Part shown: positions 19,179-28,975 of the stretch, in pieces | Numbering within the stretch: position 1 is the stretch's first letter | How the letters are laid out: the number at the start of each line of letters is the position of its first letter | NCBI GenBank assembly: GCA_030602705.1 | Contig: JAUVZF010000009.1 | Location: 94-64,093, forward strand | DNA from: Planctomycetota bacterium | GTDB lineage: Bacteria; Planctomycetota; Phycisphaerae; FEN-1346 | Direction: 5' to 3' | DNA length: 64,000 nucleotides | Notes under the pieces: generated by a model | Databases searched by the model: none | Told to the model about the DNA's origin: nothing | The model's input: only the letters and a program-made list of their open reading frames with translations | Translations under genes and position numbers: made by a program

Positions 19179-21860
19179 ATGTGGACACGATGTGCGGCAG
19201 GGCTGCTGGTAGGGGTGCTGCTTGCCCTGGCGGCGCCGGCGTCTGGTGAAGAGGCCGTGCCGGCGAAGCCCGCCCAGGCGGCGATTCCGGCCCAGCCGGT
19301 TGCCGAAAAAGGCGCCGGCCAGGTCTGGGACCTCCCGCCCGAGGTCATGCAGGTGCTGAACCTGACGGGGCTGCAACTCCGCCTGCTCGGACAGGTGTTT
19401 CGCCAGTATGCCTATGAGACGCCGCCACCGCCCAAGGCCGACGCCGCCTTCGGCGTCAAGGTCGATGCGAGCGTACCCGGCGGCCTGTACCGGATGGGTT
19501 CCGGCGGCGACCTTCCCGTCCGGCTGGTTGTGACCGCCTGCTCGACCGGCACGCCCTCGGCCGTTAGCCTTCGCTACCTGGCTCAGGATTTCTACGGGCG
19601 CAAGGTGGCGTCCGGCACGCTGCCGCCGGTCTATCCCGACAAGTTCGGCATGGCTGCGGCCGACCTGATTCTGAAGGAACTGTCGGCCTTTGGCTATTAC
19701 CACGTTCTGGTCACGGCAACCCGCGAGGGGCGCAGCGTCACGGGTTGGTGCGGCGTTGCGGTCGTGCATCCGTTGCCCGAAGGCCCCGACCCGAAGAGCC
19801 CGTTTGGGTTGGTGGCGCCGCCGGGGAAGATGTCGGCCGACGTGCCGCCGGTCTGCCGCCGGCTCGGCGTCGGCCATCTGGCGTTCGACTGGACCGGCGA
19901 CGAGGCGGCCGCCCGCGCTGCGGTCAAAGCGGGCCTGGTTCCGTTGGCCATCGTTGGGCTGGAGATTCCTCAGCACAGCCCCGCCGCTGACGACTTTTCC
20001 TCGACGATGAGCGACGCGATTGCGCGGCGCGTCGAGACGGTGGCGGACTGGCAGATCGGCCGGCGGCCGGTTTTCGCCCCCGGCGCGTTGGCCGAGGCCG
20101 CCGCCTCGTATCGGCAGGCGATCTCGGGTCTGATTCAGGGTGTCCGGCGGCGGGAGACACCGGCTCGGCTGTGGGTGGCCGCCTCGCCCGACGCACTCGC
20201 CGGCGTTCTCACGGAAGGGCCCGTCCTGGCGGGCGCCGACGGCGTCAGCCTGTACGTCGATGCGGGCGCGCGTGAGGCGAACCTAAGGAGCGGCGCCTAC
20301 CGGCGCTCGCTCGACTATGGCATCCAGGTGGCCCGAAGATTGGGCATCGAGCGGACCGTCATCGGCACCGGCGACGACCCGTCGGTCCACTTGCCGCAGC
20401 GACAGGCGTGGAAACTGGTGACCCGCCACATCGTCTCGTTGGCGGCCGGCGCCGAGCGCGTCTACGTCTCGTGGGGCCGCGGGCTGCCCACGCCCGTCTC
20501 TTCGGCCGCCGCCTACGCCTGGATGACTCATCTGCTGGACGGCGCCATCTACGAAGGCGATGCCTGGGCCGGCGTGCCGCTGATCGAGGCACACCTGTTC
20601 TCCGGCCCTGAACGGCGTGCGGCTGTGGTCTGGTCGTGGGTCGGGACCGACCCGCAGGCTCCGGACCGGGGCCTGTTGGTCTTTGACGACGGCCTGGGGC
20701 TGGAGGCGCTGGACGTGGTCGGTCAGCCTGTGGCCATCTGGAAGGGCAGACAACTGATCGTCCCGTTTGGCGAGGCGCCCGTTTACCTGGTCAGCGGCGA
20801 ACTGAGCGTCGGCCGGATGCGCGAGCGCCTCCGCAAGGCGAGGATTCTGGGCGTCGGTCCCGCCACGGTCCGCATCGAAAGCATCATCCGCGGCGGCATC
20901 CCGGGCAAGGTGAACGTAACCCTCTGGATTCAGAGCCACCGGCCGCACAAGCAGGAGGGGGTAGCGGGGTTGCTGTTGCCGGAGGGCTGGCGGGCCAGGC
21001 AGGGCAAGCGCCGGTTCCGGTTGGAGGCGGGCCAGGTACGCGAGGTTACCTTCGAGTGCGACGTGGCCGCCGACGCCGGTCGCGGACCGTATGCGATTGA
21101 GGCCGTCGTTTCGCTCGACGAGCAATACGTCCGGTGCAGTCAGAACGTGTGGCCGGCCCAGACGGTCGAGCGGACGATCGAGGTCGGCTACGGCCTGGCG
21201 GACTGGGAGGGCATCGAGCCGGTCGTTCTGGAGGATGCCGGCGGCGACGTGTGGGCCGAGGTCCGGACGGCCTGGGACAAGGAGTTCTTCTACTTCTCGG
21301 CCGCCGTCCGGCGCAAGCGCGGTACGTTCAAGGCGGGCACGCACGCTTTCGGGGGCGATGCCGTCCAACTTGCGTGGGGCCTTTCAAGGCGGGCCGACGA
21401 CGACTTCGGCCACAAGGCGAAAGACTTGGCCTTGCCGGCCGGCGCGTTTCGCGATACCGACCACCTGATGGCACTGACGTTCGGCCGCGACGGGGCCGCC
21501 GTGGTTCGCCTTCGCGCCCCTCGCGTGGCCCTGCGGACCCACTGGCCGGGCAACCAGGACGGTTGGTACGGCCCGGTGGAAGGGGCCGTGGCCGACATCG
21601 CACGCGATCAGGCCATCGGGTACACGCTGTTCGAGGCGGCGATCCCGATGAAGGAACTGGCGCCGCTGAAGGGGGCGCGCGGCCGGATCTTCCGGTTCGG
21701 GTTCCGCATCGGCAACGGCGACGGCCGGCCGCTGGAATGGTCGCGGACGGCGGGGGTGCCCGACTACCTCGCCAACCCGTGCAGTTTCCTGCCGGCGTCG
21801 CTGGCCGACGGCCTGCCGTGCCAGACGTGGTGGGGAATGACGGGGGAGAAACAGCAATGA
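19179..21860 (+). CDS. large secreted hypothetical protein (possible glycoside-hydrolase-like with C-terminal carbohydrate-binding-like domain)
   Basis: Signal peptide MWTRCAAGLLVGVLLALAAPASG. ~890 aa. The domain call is weak. Confidence 0.6.
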   Translation: MWTRCAAGLLVGVLLALAAPASGEEAVPAKPAQAAIPAQPVAEKGAGQVWDLPPEVMQVLNLTGLQLRLLGQVFRQYAYETPPPPKADAAFGVKVDASVPGGLYRMGSGGDLPVRLVVTACSTGTPSAVSLRYLAQDFYGRKVASGTLPPVYPDKFGMAAADLILKELSAFGYYHVLVTATREGRSVTGWCGVAVVHPLPEGPDPKSPFGLVAPPGKMSADVPPVCRRLGVGHLAFDWTGDEAAARAAVKAGLVPLAIVGLEIPQHSPAADDFSSTMSDAIARRVETVADWQIGRRPVFAPGALAEAAASYRQAISGLIQGVRRRETPARLWVAASPDALAGVLTEGPVLAGADGVSLYVDAGAREANLRSGAYRRSLDYGIQVARRLGIERTVIGTGDDPSVHLPQRQAWKLVTRHIVSLAAGAERVYVSWGRGLPTPVSSAAAYAWMTHLLDGAIYEGDAWAGVPLIEAHLFSGPERRAAVVWSWVGTDPQAPDRGLLVFDDGLGLEALDVVGQPVAIWKGRQLIVPFGEAPVYLVSGELSVGRMRERLRKARILGVGPATVRIESIIRGGIPGKVNVTLWIQSHRPHKQEGVAGLLLPEGWRARQGKRRFRLEAGQVREVTFECDVAADAGRGPYAIEAVVSLDEQYVRCSQNVWPAQTVERTIEVGYGLADWEGIEPVVLEDAGGDVWAEVRTAWDKEFFYFSAAVRRKRGTFKAGTHAFGGDAVQLAWGLSRRADDDFGHKAKDLALPAGAFRDTDHLMALTFGRDGAAVVRLRAPRVALRTHWPGNQDGWYGPVEGAVADIARDQAIGYTLFEAAIPMKELAPLKGARGRIFRFGFRIGNGDGRPLEWSRTAGVPDYLANPCSFLPASLADGLPCQTWWGMTGEKQQ

Positions 21861-22257
21861 CGAATGACGAAATCCGAATGACGAATCAAACGACAAGATC
21901 GAATGCCGAATGACAAAACGCGAGAGGCGTGATGTGCTGCTGTGGGAGTTGTTTTGGTGTTCGTCATTGCTGTTTCGTCATTCATTCGTCATTCGGGCTT
22001 CGTCATTCGGCATTGTAGTTGTAAGGCAGTTTCCTGCCGGTGTCGCTGGCCGACGGCCTGCCGTGCCAGACGTGGTGGGGAATGACGGGGGAGAAACAGC
22101 AATGACGAATGACGAATCAAACGACAAGATCGAATGCCGAATGACAAAACGCGAGAGGCGTGATGTGCTGCTGCGGGAGTTGTTTTGGTGTTCGTCATTG
22201 CTGTTTCGTCATTCATTCGTCATTCGGGCTTCGTCATTCGGCATTGTAGTTGTAAGG
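21782..22257. repeat. tandem duplication (245 + 231 bp) comprising the last ~75 nt of the upstream CDS plus a GACGAATG-type MITE (TIR CAATGACGAATGACGAA / TTCGTCATTCGGCATTG)
   Basis: The two units are near-identical. The second lacks a 14-nt ATCCGAATGACGAA. The stop codon of the CDS lies at the MITE junction. Confidence 0.85.
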
Positions 22258-22265
22258 GGGTTTCC

Positions 22266-23060
22266 ATGCGCTTGGTGCGTTTCCTCGTGGACGGCCAGGT
22301 CCGCTACGGGGTGCTTGAGGGTGACCGGGTGCGGGAACTGTTGCGGCCGTTCTTCGAAGGGCTCGTGCCCATGAACGCGGCTCATCCGCTGGCCGACCTC
22401 GAGTTGCTTGCCCCGTCGCGCCCGTCAAAGATGCTCTGTGTCGGCCTGAACTACCGCGATCACGCCGAAGAGATGGGCGAGCCCATTGGCGATGAACCCG
22501 TCTTGTTTATGAAGCCGACCACCGCGCTGGCCGCACACGGCCAGCCGATCGTCTATCCGAAGATGGCCGGCCGCGTCGATTACGAGGCCGAACTGGCCGT
22601 GGTCATCGGCCGCCGCTGCCGGAGCGTGGCGGTGGAGGAGGCCGACGACTTCATCCTCGGCTACACGTGTTTCAACGACGTGACGGCCCGCGACCTTCAG
22701 GCGAAGGACGGTCAGTGGACCCGCGCGAAGGGGTTCGACACGTTCGGCGTCATGGGGCCGTGGATCGAGACCGACCCCGGCGACACCGGCCGCCTGACCG
22801 TCACGAGCCGCCTGAACGGCGACGTGCGCCAGCAGTCCACCACCGCGCAACTCGTTTTCAGTTGCCGCGACCTGGTGTCCTGGGCCAGCCGCATCATGAC
22901 GCTCGAGGCCGGCGACGTCATCGCCACCGGCACGCCTGCCGGCATCGGGCCGATGCAGCCGGGCGACCAGGTCGAGGTCGAGGTCGAAGGCATCGGCACG
23001 TTAAAGAACCCCGTCGTCGCGGAACCCGACGACGGGGCGGAGGCGGTTACGGTTCGGTAG
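22266..23060 (+). CDS. fumarylacetoacetate hydrolase (FAH)-family protein (2-keto-4-pentenoate hydratase / YcgM-like)
   Basis: LCVGLNYRDHAEEMG, EAELAVVIG and GTPAGIG motifs. Confidence 0.8.
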   Translation: MRLVRFLVDGQVRYGVLEGDRVRELLRPFFEGLVPMNAAHPLADLELLAPSRPSKMLCVGLNYRDHAEEMGEPIGDEPVLFMKPTTALAAHGQPIVYPKMAGRVDYEAELAVVIGRRCRSVAVEEADDFILGYTCFNDVTARDLQAKDGQWTRAKGFDTFGVMGPWIETDPGDTGRLTVTSRLNGDVRQQSTTAQLVFSCRDLVSWASRIMTLEAGDVIATGTPAGIGPMQPGDQVEVEVEGIGTLKNPVVAEPDDGAEAVTVR

Positions 23061-23115
23061 GGGTTTTGTGTTGCCGCGTGCCCACTGGGACAGCAGCGTG
23101 GCCTTGCCGTTCGGC

Positions 23116-24255
23116 TTATGCCGGCGTTTCGAGAGATTGACGAATCAGCGGCGCGGCTTGCTCGAATTGCGCGAGGCTACTGATGTTGAGTGCCAACTTG
23201 CAATTGCCCCACCTTTGACTGGAAACATCCCGGGCAAAGGATGGTGGCTGTTCCATGCGCGCATATTTTAGTCTGAGATAAAGTACAACGCTGTGCTGCT
23301 GGATAACCATGTAACAGAAGGTTCCCTTCAGGCGTGGACCGCGTGCGGCGCAACCGTAGGCAACGTAGATTTTGAGAACTCTCTTTTCAATGGCCCCCGG
23401 CCGGAGAGACAGACAAAACCGATCGATTGCTCGGTAAAGTTCAACAACCTCCTGAGGCTTGCCTGCCAAGTGCCGGCCTTCGTCGTATGGGACTTGGGTT
23501 GCCCCTCTCCCGGGGGGTTGCCGGATTTCTGAAACGGGCGATGTCGGGGGAGTGGTGCGCACGCCTTGCGTCGGTAGTGCGGTTTTACCACAGATTCGGG
23601 CGAGACTTTCTCGTATCTTGCGGGGCTTGAGATCGTCGTCACCGGTGGCCTTTCGCACAAGGTTAAGAAACGCTGTTGGCGGGTTGCGCATAAGGGTGTC
23701 AAGGGCTTTGCGTATTTTACCGTCCGTGAACGTCTGCTCGCCGATTGGGCCCAAGGTGCCTTTAGCCATTCCGTCTTGTGAGAAGCGCCACATCAGACGC
23801 GCCAAGTCTTGAACGGAGATTTCTTGGGAGTCGCGTGGGTCCAGCGAAACCTCGTACATGAGTTTATCCGGGGCGGGGCATTTCTCAACGCTGCGGTAAA
23901 CCTTCCACTTCACGCCGTTGGTGAGAACGCACCAGACGATACCGTCGTTGGCCGCGTAACCCACAACCTGGGTGATGGCCTTGACATCGTTCAAGGGGTC
24001 GTCAAGCGCCTTGGCTTCGACCAGGAGTACGGGCTTGCGGTTGATCTTGAGGGCATAGTCCACCGACTTGCCGTCAACTGTGGGGTATTCCAACTCTACC
24101 TCGTCCGGGTCGCGCACGTCCCAGCCTAATGCTTCAAGGAGGGGATCAATTATGATCGTTCGAGTGGGGGTTTCTTTCAGCGCATGCTTCCGGAGCGTGC
24201 CGAGTTTGGCGCGGACGCTCTCGATGGTTTGAATTAGTTCATTCATCTCGCCCAT
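23116..24255 (-). CDS. restriction-endonuclease-like protein: N-terminal HsdR_N / PD-(D/E)xK nuclease domain (D...VEAK) + uncharacterised C-terminal domain; sits in a low-GC (~55%) single-gene island
   Basis: TRTIIIDPLLEALGWDV...DYALKINRKPVLLVEAKALDD is an HsdR_N-type motif (recalled, not searched). The local GC is clearly lower than in the flanks. Confidence 0.65.
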   Translation of the reverse strand: MGEMNELIQTIESVRAKLGTLRKHALKETPTRTIIIDPLLEALGWDVRDPDEVELEYPTVDGKSVDYALKINRKPVLLVEAKALDDPLNDVKAITQVVGYAANDGIVWCVLTNGVKWKVYRSVEKCPAPDKLMYEVSLDPRDSQEISVQDLARLMWRFSQDGMAKGTLGPIGEQTFTDGKIRKALDTLMRNPPTAFLNLVRKATGDDDLKPRKIRESLARICGKTALPTQGVRTTPPTSPVSEIRQPPGRGATQVPYDEGRHLAGKPQEVVELYRAIDRFCLSLRPGAIEKRVLKIYVAYGCAARGPRLKGTFCYMVIQQHSVVLYLRLKYARMEQPPSFARDVSSQRWGNCKLALNISSLAQFEQAAPLIRQSLETPA

Positions 24256-24419
24256 CCTCCGGGTTCAAATTGGGAGCCAAGACCCAAGGCCATTCTTCAA
24301 GGTTATAGCCTGACGGATCAATGTCAAGTGGCAGTGCCTTCACTCGGCGCGCCCCCGCCTTTGGCCTTGTCCAGCGCCGCGGTTCCTCGTATCATTTCGC
24401 CTTCCTTGGGAGGCTCACG

Positions 24420-26060
24420 ATGCGACGGCACGCGCAAATCCGGCGTTACCTGACGGCGTTCGACACGGCCCGTCTTCCGCAGGTGTTTACCGACGTGCTG
24501 ATCATCGGCAGCGGCGTGGCGGCGCTGCGGACGGCGCTGGAGGTGGCGCCCGCGCTGCGGGTGGCGCTGGTGACGAAGAGCGGCCTGACCGAATCGAACA
24601 GTTACTATGCTCAGGGCGGCATTGCGGCCGCCATCGCTCCGAAGGACTCGGTCGAGAGCCACGTGGCCGACACGCTGGCCACGGGCTGCGGCCTGTCGGA
24701 CGAGGCGGTCGTCCGGCAGGTGGTCGAGGCGGCGCCGGAGTGCATCCGTGAACTCGTCGATTGGGGCGCCGACTTCGACAAGACCGACGGCCGCATCAGC
24801 GTCGGCCGCGAGGGCGGGCACTCTGCGCCGCGCATCGTCCATGCGCGCGGCGATGAGACCGGCAAGGAGATCACCTCTATGCTCCTGGCCGGCGTCATCC
24901 GCAACGGAGCCATCGACATCTATGAGAACACCTTTGTCATCGACCTGCTCGCGGTCGACGGGGCCGTCGTGGGCGTCCTGGCATGGCACCCGCGGCACGG
25001 GATACTGATTGTGCGGGCCAAACGGACGGTGCTGGCGACCGGCGGCCTGGGCCGCGTTTACCGCGAGACCACGAATCCGGAGGTGGCCACCGGCGACGGT
25101 CTGGCGATGGCTTACCGGGCGGGGGCGGTGCTGAGCGACCTGGAGTTCGTCCAGTTCCATCCGACCACGCTTTACATCGCCGGCGCCAGCCGCCACCTGA
25201 TTTCCGAAACGGTGCGCGGCGAAGGCGGGCGGCTGGTTGACAAGACCGGCAGCGCCTTCATGCACGCCTACCACGAGATGGGCGACCTGGCGCCGCGCGA
25301 CGTCGTCAGCCGCGCCATCGTCGATCACATGCGCGCCACCGGCGCCACGAACGTTTTTCTCGACCTGACGGGGTTAGGGACGGGCGTGCGCGAGCGTTTT
25401 CCCGGTATCGCGAAGGCGTGCGCGCGGTTCGACATCGACATCGCCCTCGACCTCATTCCCGTCCGCCCGAGCGCTCACTACATGGTGGGGGGTGTCCGGG
25501 TGGACGCCTTCGGGCGCAGCAGTTTGCGTCATCTTTACGCCGGCGGCGAGGCGTCCTCGACCTGGCTGCACGGGGCGAACCGGCTGGGGTCGAACAGTTT
25601 GCTCGAGGGGCTGGTCTACGGCCGCGTGATCGGCCGCCACATTGCGGAGGACCTGGCAGGCGCCTCGTCCCGCGGCGCGGACGCCGGCGGGGCGCCCGAA
25701 CGGGTCTACAGCGACGCCACCCCCTCGACGCGCGGCGAACTGCATCTGCCGGACGTGCGGGACAGCCTTCGGTCGCTCATGTGGCGATACGTGGGCATTG
25801 CCCGCAACGAAGAGGACCTGACCGAGGCCGACGCCCTCATCGAGTTCTGGCAGAGTTACGTTCTGGACAAGGTGTTCGAGGAGTCGGTCGGATGGGAACT
25901 CCAGAACATGCTGGCCCTCGGCCGCCTCATGGCCTGGGCGGCGCTGTCGCGGACCGAGACGCGCGGCGTGCATTTCCGGTCGGACTACCCGGAGCGCGAC
26001 GACGAGCACTGGGCCAGGCACGTCCTGATAGCGCGCGACACCGAGCCGTGGTTCGAGTGA
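24420..26060 (+). CDS. nadB: L-aspartate oxidase
   Basis: FAD motif DVLIIGSGVAAL. HARGDETGKEI. C-terminal RSDYPERDDEHW. Confidence 0.9.
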   Translation: MRRHAQIRRYLTAFDTARLPQVFTDVLIIGSGVAALRTALEVAPALRVALVTKSGLTESNSYYAQGGIAAAIAPKDSVESHVADTLATGCGLSDEAVVRQVVEAAPECIRELVDWGADFDKTDGRISVGREGGHSAPRIVHARGDETGKEITSMLLAGVIRNGAIDIYENTFVIDLLAVDGAVVGVLAWHPRHGILIVRAKRTVLATGGLGRVYRETTNPEVATGDGLAMAYRAGAVLSDLEFVQFHPTTLYIAGASRHLISETVRGEGGRLVDKTGSAFMHAYHEMGDLAPRDVVSRAIVDHMRATGATNVFLDLTGLGTGVRERFPGIAKACARFDIDIALDLIPVRPSAHYMVGGVRVDAFGRSSLRHLYAGGEASSTWLHGANRLGSNSLLEGLVYGRVIGRHIAEDLAGASSRGADAGGAPERVYSDATPSTRGELHLPDVRDSLRSLMWRYVGIARNEEDLTEADALIEFWQSYVLDKVFEESVGWELQNMLALGRLMAWAALSRTETRGVHFRSDYPERDDEHWARHVLIARDTEPWFE

Positions 26061-26065
26061 AACAA

Positions 26066-26098
26066 TTTCGGATTTCGGATTTCGGATTGCGGATTGGC
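26066..26098. repeat. heptanucleotide microsatellite (ATTTCGG)x4-5
   Basis: Read from atttcggatttcggatttcggattgcggattgg. It lies ~150 bp upstream of the CYTH gene start. Confidence 0.85.
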
Positions 26099-26250
26099 CG
26101 GTAAACGGCAACGACAGCGGCAGCCTGGTTAGCCGCCGGGCTTGCCCGGCGCGCACGCGCGCAAGGTGCGTTCGAGTGTGCCAACGGGTCGCGCGGTGGG
26201 CAATCTTGCCTACCGCGCACGCGCGCCGAGCGTCATAGCGAGACCCGCCC

Positions 26251-26823
26251 ATGCCGGAAGAGATCGAGGCGAAGGTCCGGATCGGCGACCCTGAAGCGTT
26301 TCGCCGCCGGATGGCGGACCGCGCCCGGTCGGCCGGCGAGACCGTCTTTGAGGTCAACCGCCTGTTCGACGATGCCGCCGCATCGCTCCGCGGGCGGGGC
26401 TCGGCCCTGAGGGTGCGGGAAGAGTTCCGGTTGCCGGATCGTGTGCGGCTGCGGACGATACTCACGTTCAAGGGGCCGCCGGCCGCCGGGCCCATGAAAC
26501 GGCGGCCGGAGTTTGAACTGCAGGTCGAGGCCGCCGAACCGCTCGTCGCCATCCTGGAGGCGCTGGGCCTGTCGGAAGCGTTCCGCTACGAGAAACGCCG
26601 TACGACGTGGCACGTCGGTCGATGCGAAGTGACGCTTGACGAACTGCCGCACCTGGGCTGGTTTGCCGAGATCGAGGGCCCGAGCGAGGAGGCCGTCCTG
26701 GCCGAACTGGCCGACCTGGGCTTCGCCGATGCGCCGCTCATCCGCGCCAGTTACATTCGCCTGCTGCGCGAGCACCTCAAATCGCTCGGGCGCGATCCGA
26801 CGCGGGCGGTGTTTGAGGAGTGA
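26251..26823 (+). CDS. CYTH-domain protein (triphosphate tunnel metalloenzyme; class IV adenylate cyclase / triphosphatase-like)
   Basis: N-terminal EIEAKVRI signature. ~190 aa. Confidence 0.75.
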   Translation: MPEEIEAKVRIGDPEAFRRRMADRARSAGETVFEVNRLFDDAAASLRGRGSALRVREEFRLPDRVRLRTILTFKGPPAAGPMKRRPEFELQVEAAEPLVAILEALGLSEAFRYEKRRTTWHVGRCEVTLDELPHLGWFAEIEGPSEEAVLAELADLGFADAPLIRASYIRLLREHLKSLGRDPTRAVFEE

Positions 26824-26849
26824 CCCGGCCGCCGGGATCGCGGGTCTGA

Positions 26850-26948
26850 GATCGCCGATTTCAGATTTCAGATTTCAGATCTCAAATCCCAAATCTCAGA
26901 TTTCAGATCTCAGATTTCAGATCTCAAATCTCAGATTCCAGATTCGCG
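26850..26948. repeat. heptanucleotide microsatellite ~14 units (CAGATTT/CAGATCT/CAAATCT)
   Basis: Read from gatttcagatttcagatttcagatctcaaatcccaaatctcagatttcagatctcagatttcagatctcaaatctcagattccagatt. Confidence 0.9.
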
Positions 26949-26950
26949 GT

Positions 26951-27598
26951 TCACGTTCGCCGCAGCAGTTTCCAGAACTGCCACCACTTGCGTCCCACGC
27001 GTGCTTTCGCACGCTCCTTGACGCCCCTTTCGAACGCTTTCTGGTCCAGCGAATCGGCCCGGCGGAGCCGGTCCAGGGGTGGCAGGCGGTCGAGCATCGT
27101 CTCGATCGTTGAACGGCGGAAGGTGTCGGCCTGGTCGGCGGCCCTGCGGCGGCTCTCATCGGACCAGAGTGCGGAGGCGGGCGGCGCATCGTCCTGGGGC
27201 CCGTAGAACTTCAGCGCCTCTTCCAGGCACTGCCTGGCGTCGAGCAGCGACTGGGCTCTCCGGACCGACTCGGTGAGTTGCTCGATTCGCCCGAGGTAGA
27301 ACTTCGCAAGGCCCATCCATTCGACCACGTCGAGGGCACGCGACGGCGCGGCGGTCGGGTTCACTTGCCGGATGGGGCCCTTCGGCCCGCCGTGCGTGTC
27401 GAGTTGAAAAGGGAACGTCCGGCGGGCGCCGCACGTGAAGCACGTTGCCGCCACACGGTGGAGCACGCGCGCCGCGTCTTCCTCAACCTCCTGCGAATCG
27501 CTCTGCCACGCCCCGCCGCACACGCACGGGTGCACCATCAGGTAGAAGTACTCTTCCTGGACGCCGTGGACGTGTACGGGATCGTCGGCGGGCGGCAC
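26951..27598 (-). CDS. hypothetical Cys-rich protein (CxC...CxxC)
   Basis: 215-aa ORF. Likely in an operon with the upstream lipoprotein gene. Confidence 0.5.
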   Translation of the reverse strand: MPPADDPVHVHGVQEEYFYLMVHPCVCGGAWQSDSQEVEEDAARVLHRVAATCFTCGARRTFPFQLDTHGGPKGPIRQVNPTAAPSRALDVVEWMGLAKFYLGRIEQLTESVRRAQSLLDARQCLEEALKFYGPQDDAPPASALWSDESRRRAADQADTFRRSTIETMLDRLPPLDRLRRADSLDQKAFERGVKERAKARVGRKWWQFWKLLRRT

Positions 27599-27655
27599 GT
27601 GGGCCTCCGTTCGGCGGGCGCGGCATCGGGACGCCTCAGGGACAGCCGGCTGGAA

Positions 27656-27946
27656 TCAGTTGGTCGCTGCCGGCGCTGCCGTACCGGCTGCGGGTGCTGC
27701 GGTCCCCGGTGCGGGCGCTGCGGTACCCGGTGCGGGGGCCGGTGCGGGCGGTTCCAGTGAACCGCTGATGTTCGGGCTGGGCTCGGGCGGCGGGGGAACG
27801 TCCGGCTCGAGTTTCCTCTGGCGCACGAACTTGTCCGCCGAAGCCTGGACCGGCTCCTCGCCCCCGTCGCCGCCACAACCGGCGACCCACGTGCAGGCCG
27901 GCACCATGGCCGACAACACCAGGAAGATACAAGTGCGAGTATGCAT
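27656..27946 (-). CDS. small lipoprotein with Pro/Ala-rich repeats
   Basis: Signal MHTRTCIFLVLSAMVPACTWVAGC with a lipobox. (APGTAAP)n tail. Confidence 0.55.
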   Translation of the reverse strand: MHTRTCIFLVLSAMVPACTWVAGCGGDGGEEPVQASADKFVRQRKLEPDVPPPPEPSPNISGSLEPPAPAPAPGTAAPAPGTAAPAAGTAAPAATN

Positions 27947-28102
27947 TATGGCATCCCCTTCTTGAGCGTTTCCAGGTCTCACATGCTACCCGGCGGCTGC
28001 GATTTTTCAACCCAAATCCCGAGGCACTCGTAACGGCTCAGTTACGCGAGGGTGGCACGGCAGGTGCGAAGGGCGGCCGTGTGCGCCCCAGTGTCCAATC
28101 AG

Positions 28103-28179
28103 GCAAAAAGGTTCCAGGAACCTTTTCTGCGTAGCACCCTCCGGGCCCTTCAGGGAAAAGGTTCCTGGAACCTTTTTGC
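28103..28179. repeat. 77-bp palindromic MITE-like element, copy 2 (core inverted relative to copy 1)
   Basis: Identical 24-bp termini to copy 1. The core CTGCGTAGCACCCTCCGGGCCCTTCAGGG is the reverse complement of the copy-1 core (2 mismatches). Confidence 0.85.
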
Positions 28180-28213
28180 CTGTGGCACCCAGTGCGCCGA
28201 TGCCCCGGCGGCG

Positions 28214-28702
28214 CTACCCGCCCATGCGGCTCTTGACGAACGCCATCAGGCCGCCGGCGGCGATGATGTCCTGAATCTCCTTCGTAAACGGGGCAAACGT
28301 AAACGCGTTGCCGGTGGTCAGGTTTTTGAGTTCCCCCTTGGCCGGATCCACTTCGACCTGGTCGCCGGGACGGATGTCTTCGACCGCTTCGGGGCAGGCG
28401 ACGATCGGCAGGGCGATGTTGATCGCGTTGCGGAAGAAGATCCGGGCGAAACTCCTGGCGATGACGCACGAGATGCCGGCCGCCTTGATCGCAATGGGGG
28501 CGTGCTCGCGGCTGGACCCGCAGCCGAAGTTCTCACCCGCCACGAGCACGTCGCCCGGCGCTGCCCTCGCGACGAACTCCGGGTCGGCGTCCTCCATGCA
28601 GTGGGCGGCCAGAAACTCCGGGTCGATCCGGTTCAGGTACCGCGCGGGGATGATCTCGTCGGTGTTGACGTCGTCGCCGAACACGTGCGCTTTGCCCTTC
28701 AT
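28214..28702 (-). CDS. leuD: 3-isopropylmalate dehydratase small subunit (aconitase-family small subunit)
   Basis: MKGKAHVFGDDVNTDEIIPARYL ... GENFGCGSSREHAP. No leuC is adjacent. Confidence 0.8.
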   Translation of the reverse strand: MKGKAHVFGDDVNTDEIIPARYLNRIDPEFLAAHCMEDADPEFVARAAPGDVLVAGENFGCGSSREHAPIAIKAAGISCVIARSFARIFFRNAINIALPIVACPEAVEDIRPGDQVEVDPAKGELKNLTTGNAFTFAPFTKEIQDIIAAGGLMAFVKSRMGG

Positions 28703-28975
28703 GCCTGTCTCCTCCGGCGGCAATCTAGCAGACGCGGCGAGCGGCGGCAATGCAAAAGGCGGCCCTATTTCACCGAGATCTCAAGCCCTTCGACGTCGAA
28801 CACGAAGTTGACGCTCGCGCGCACCTGCGACGGGTCGCGGAGTCAGTGCTCCGAGCCGCGACCGCAAGGAAGCGGCCGCTCCCTGGCGGGCGCGGCTCCG
28901 ATACGATGCGTGACGCCGGGTCCGGCGAGCGGCGACCTGTTGACGGTCGCGGCGAAGAAGTGAGACCCGTGCCGC

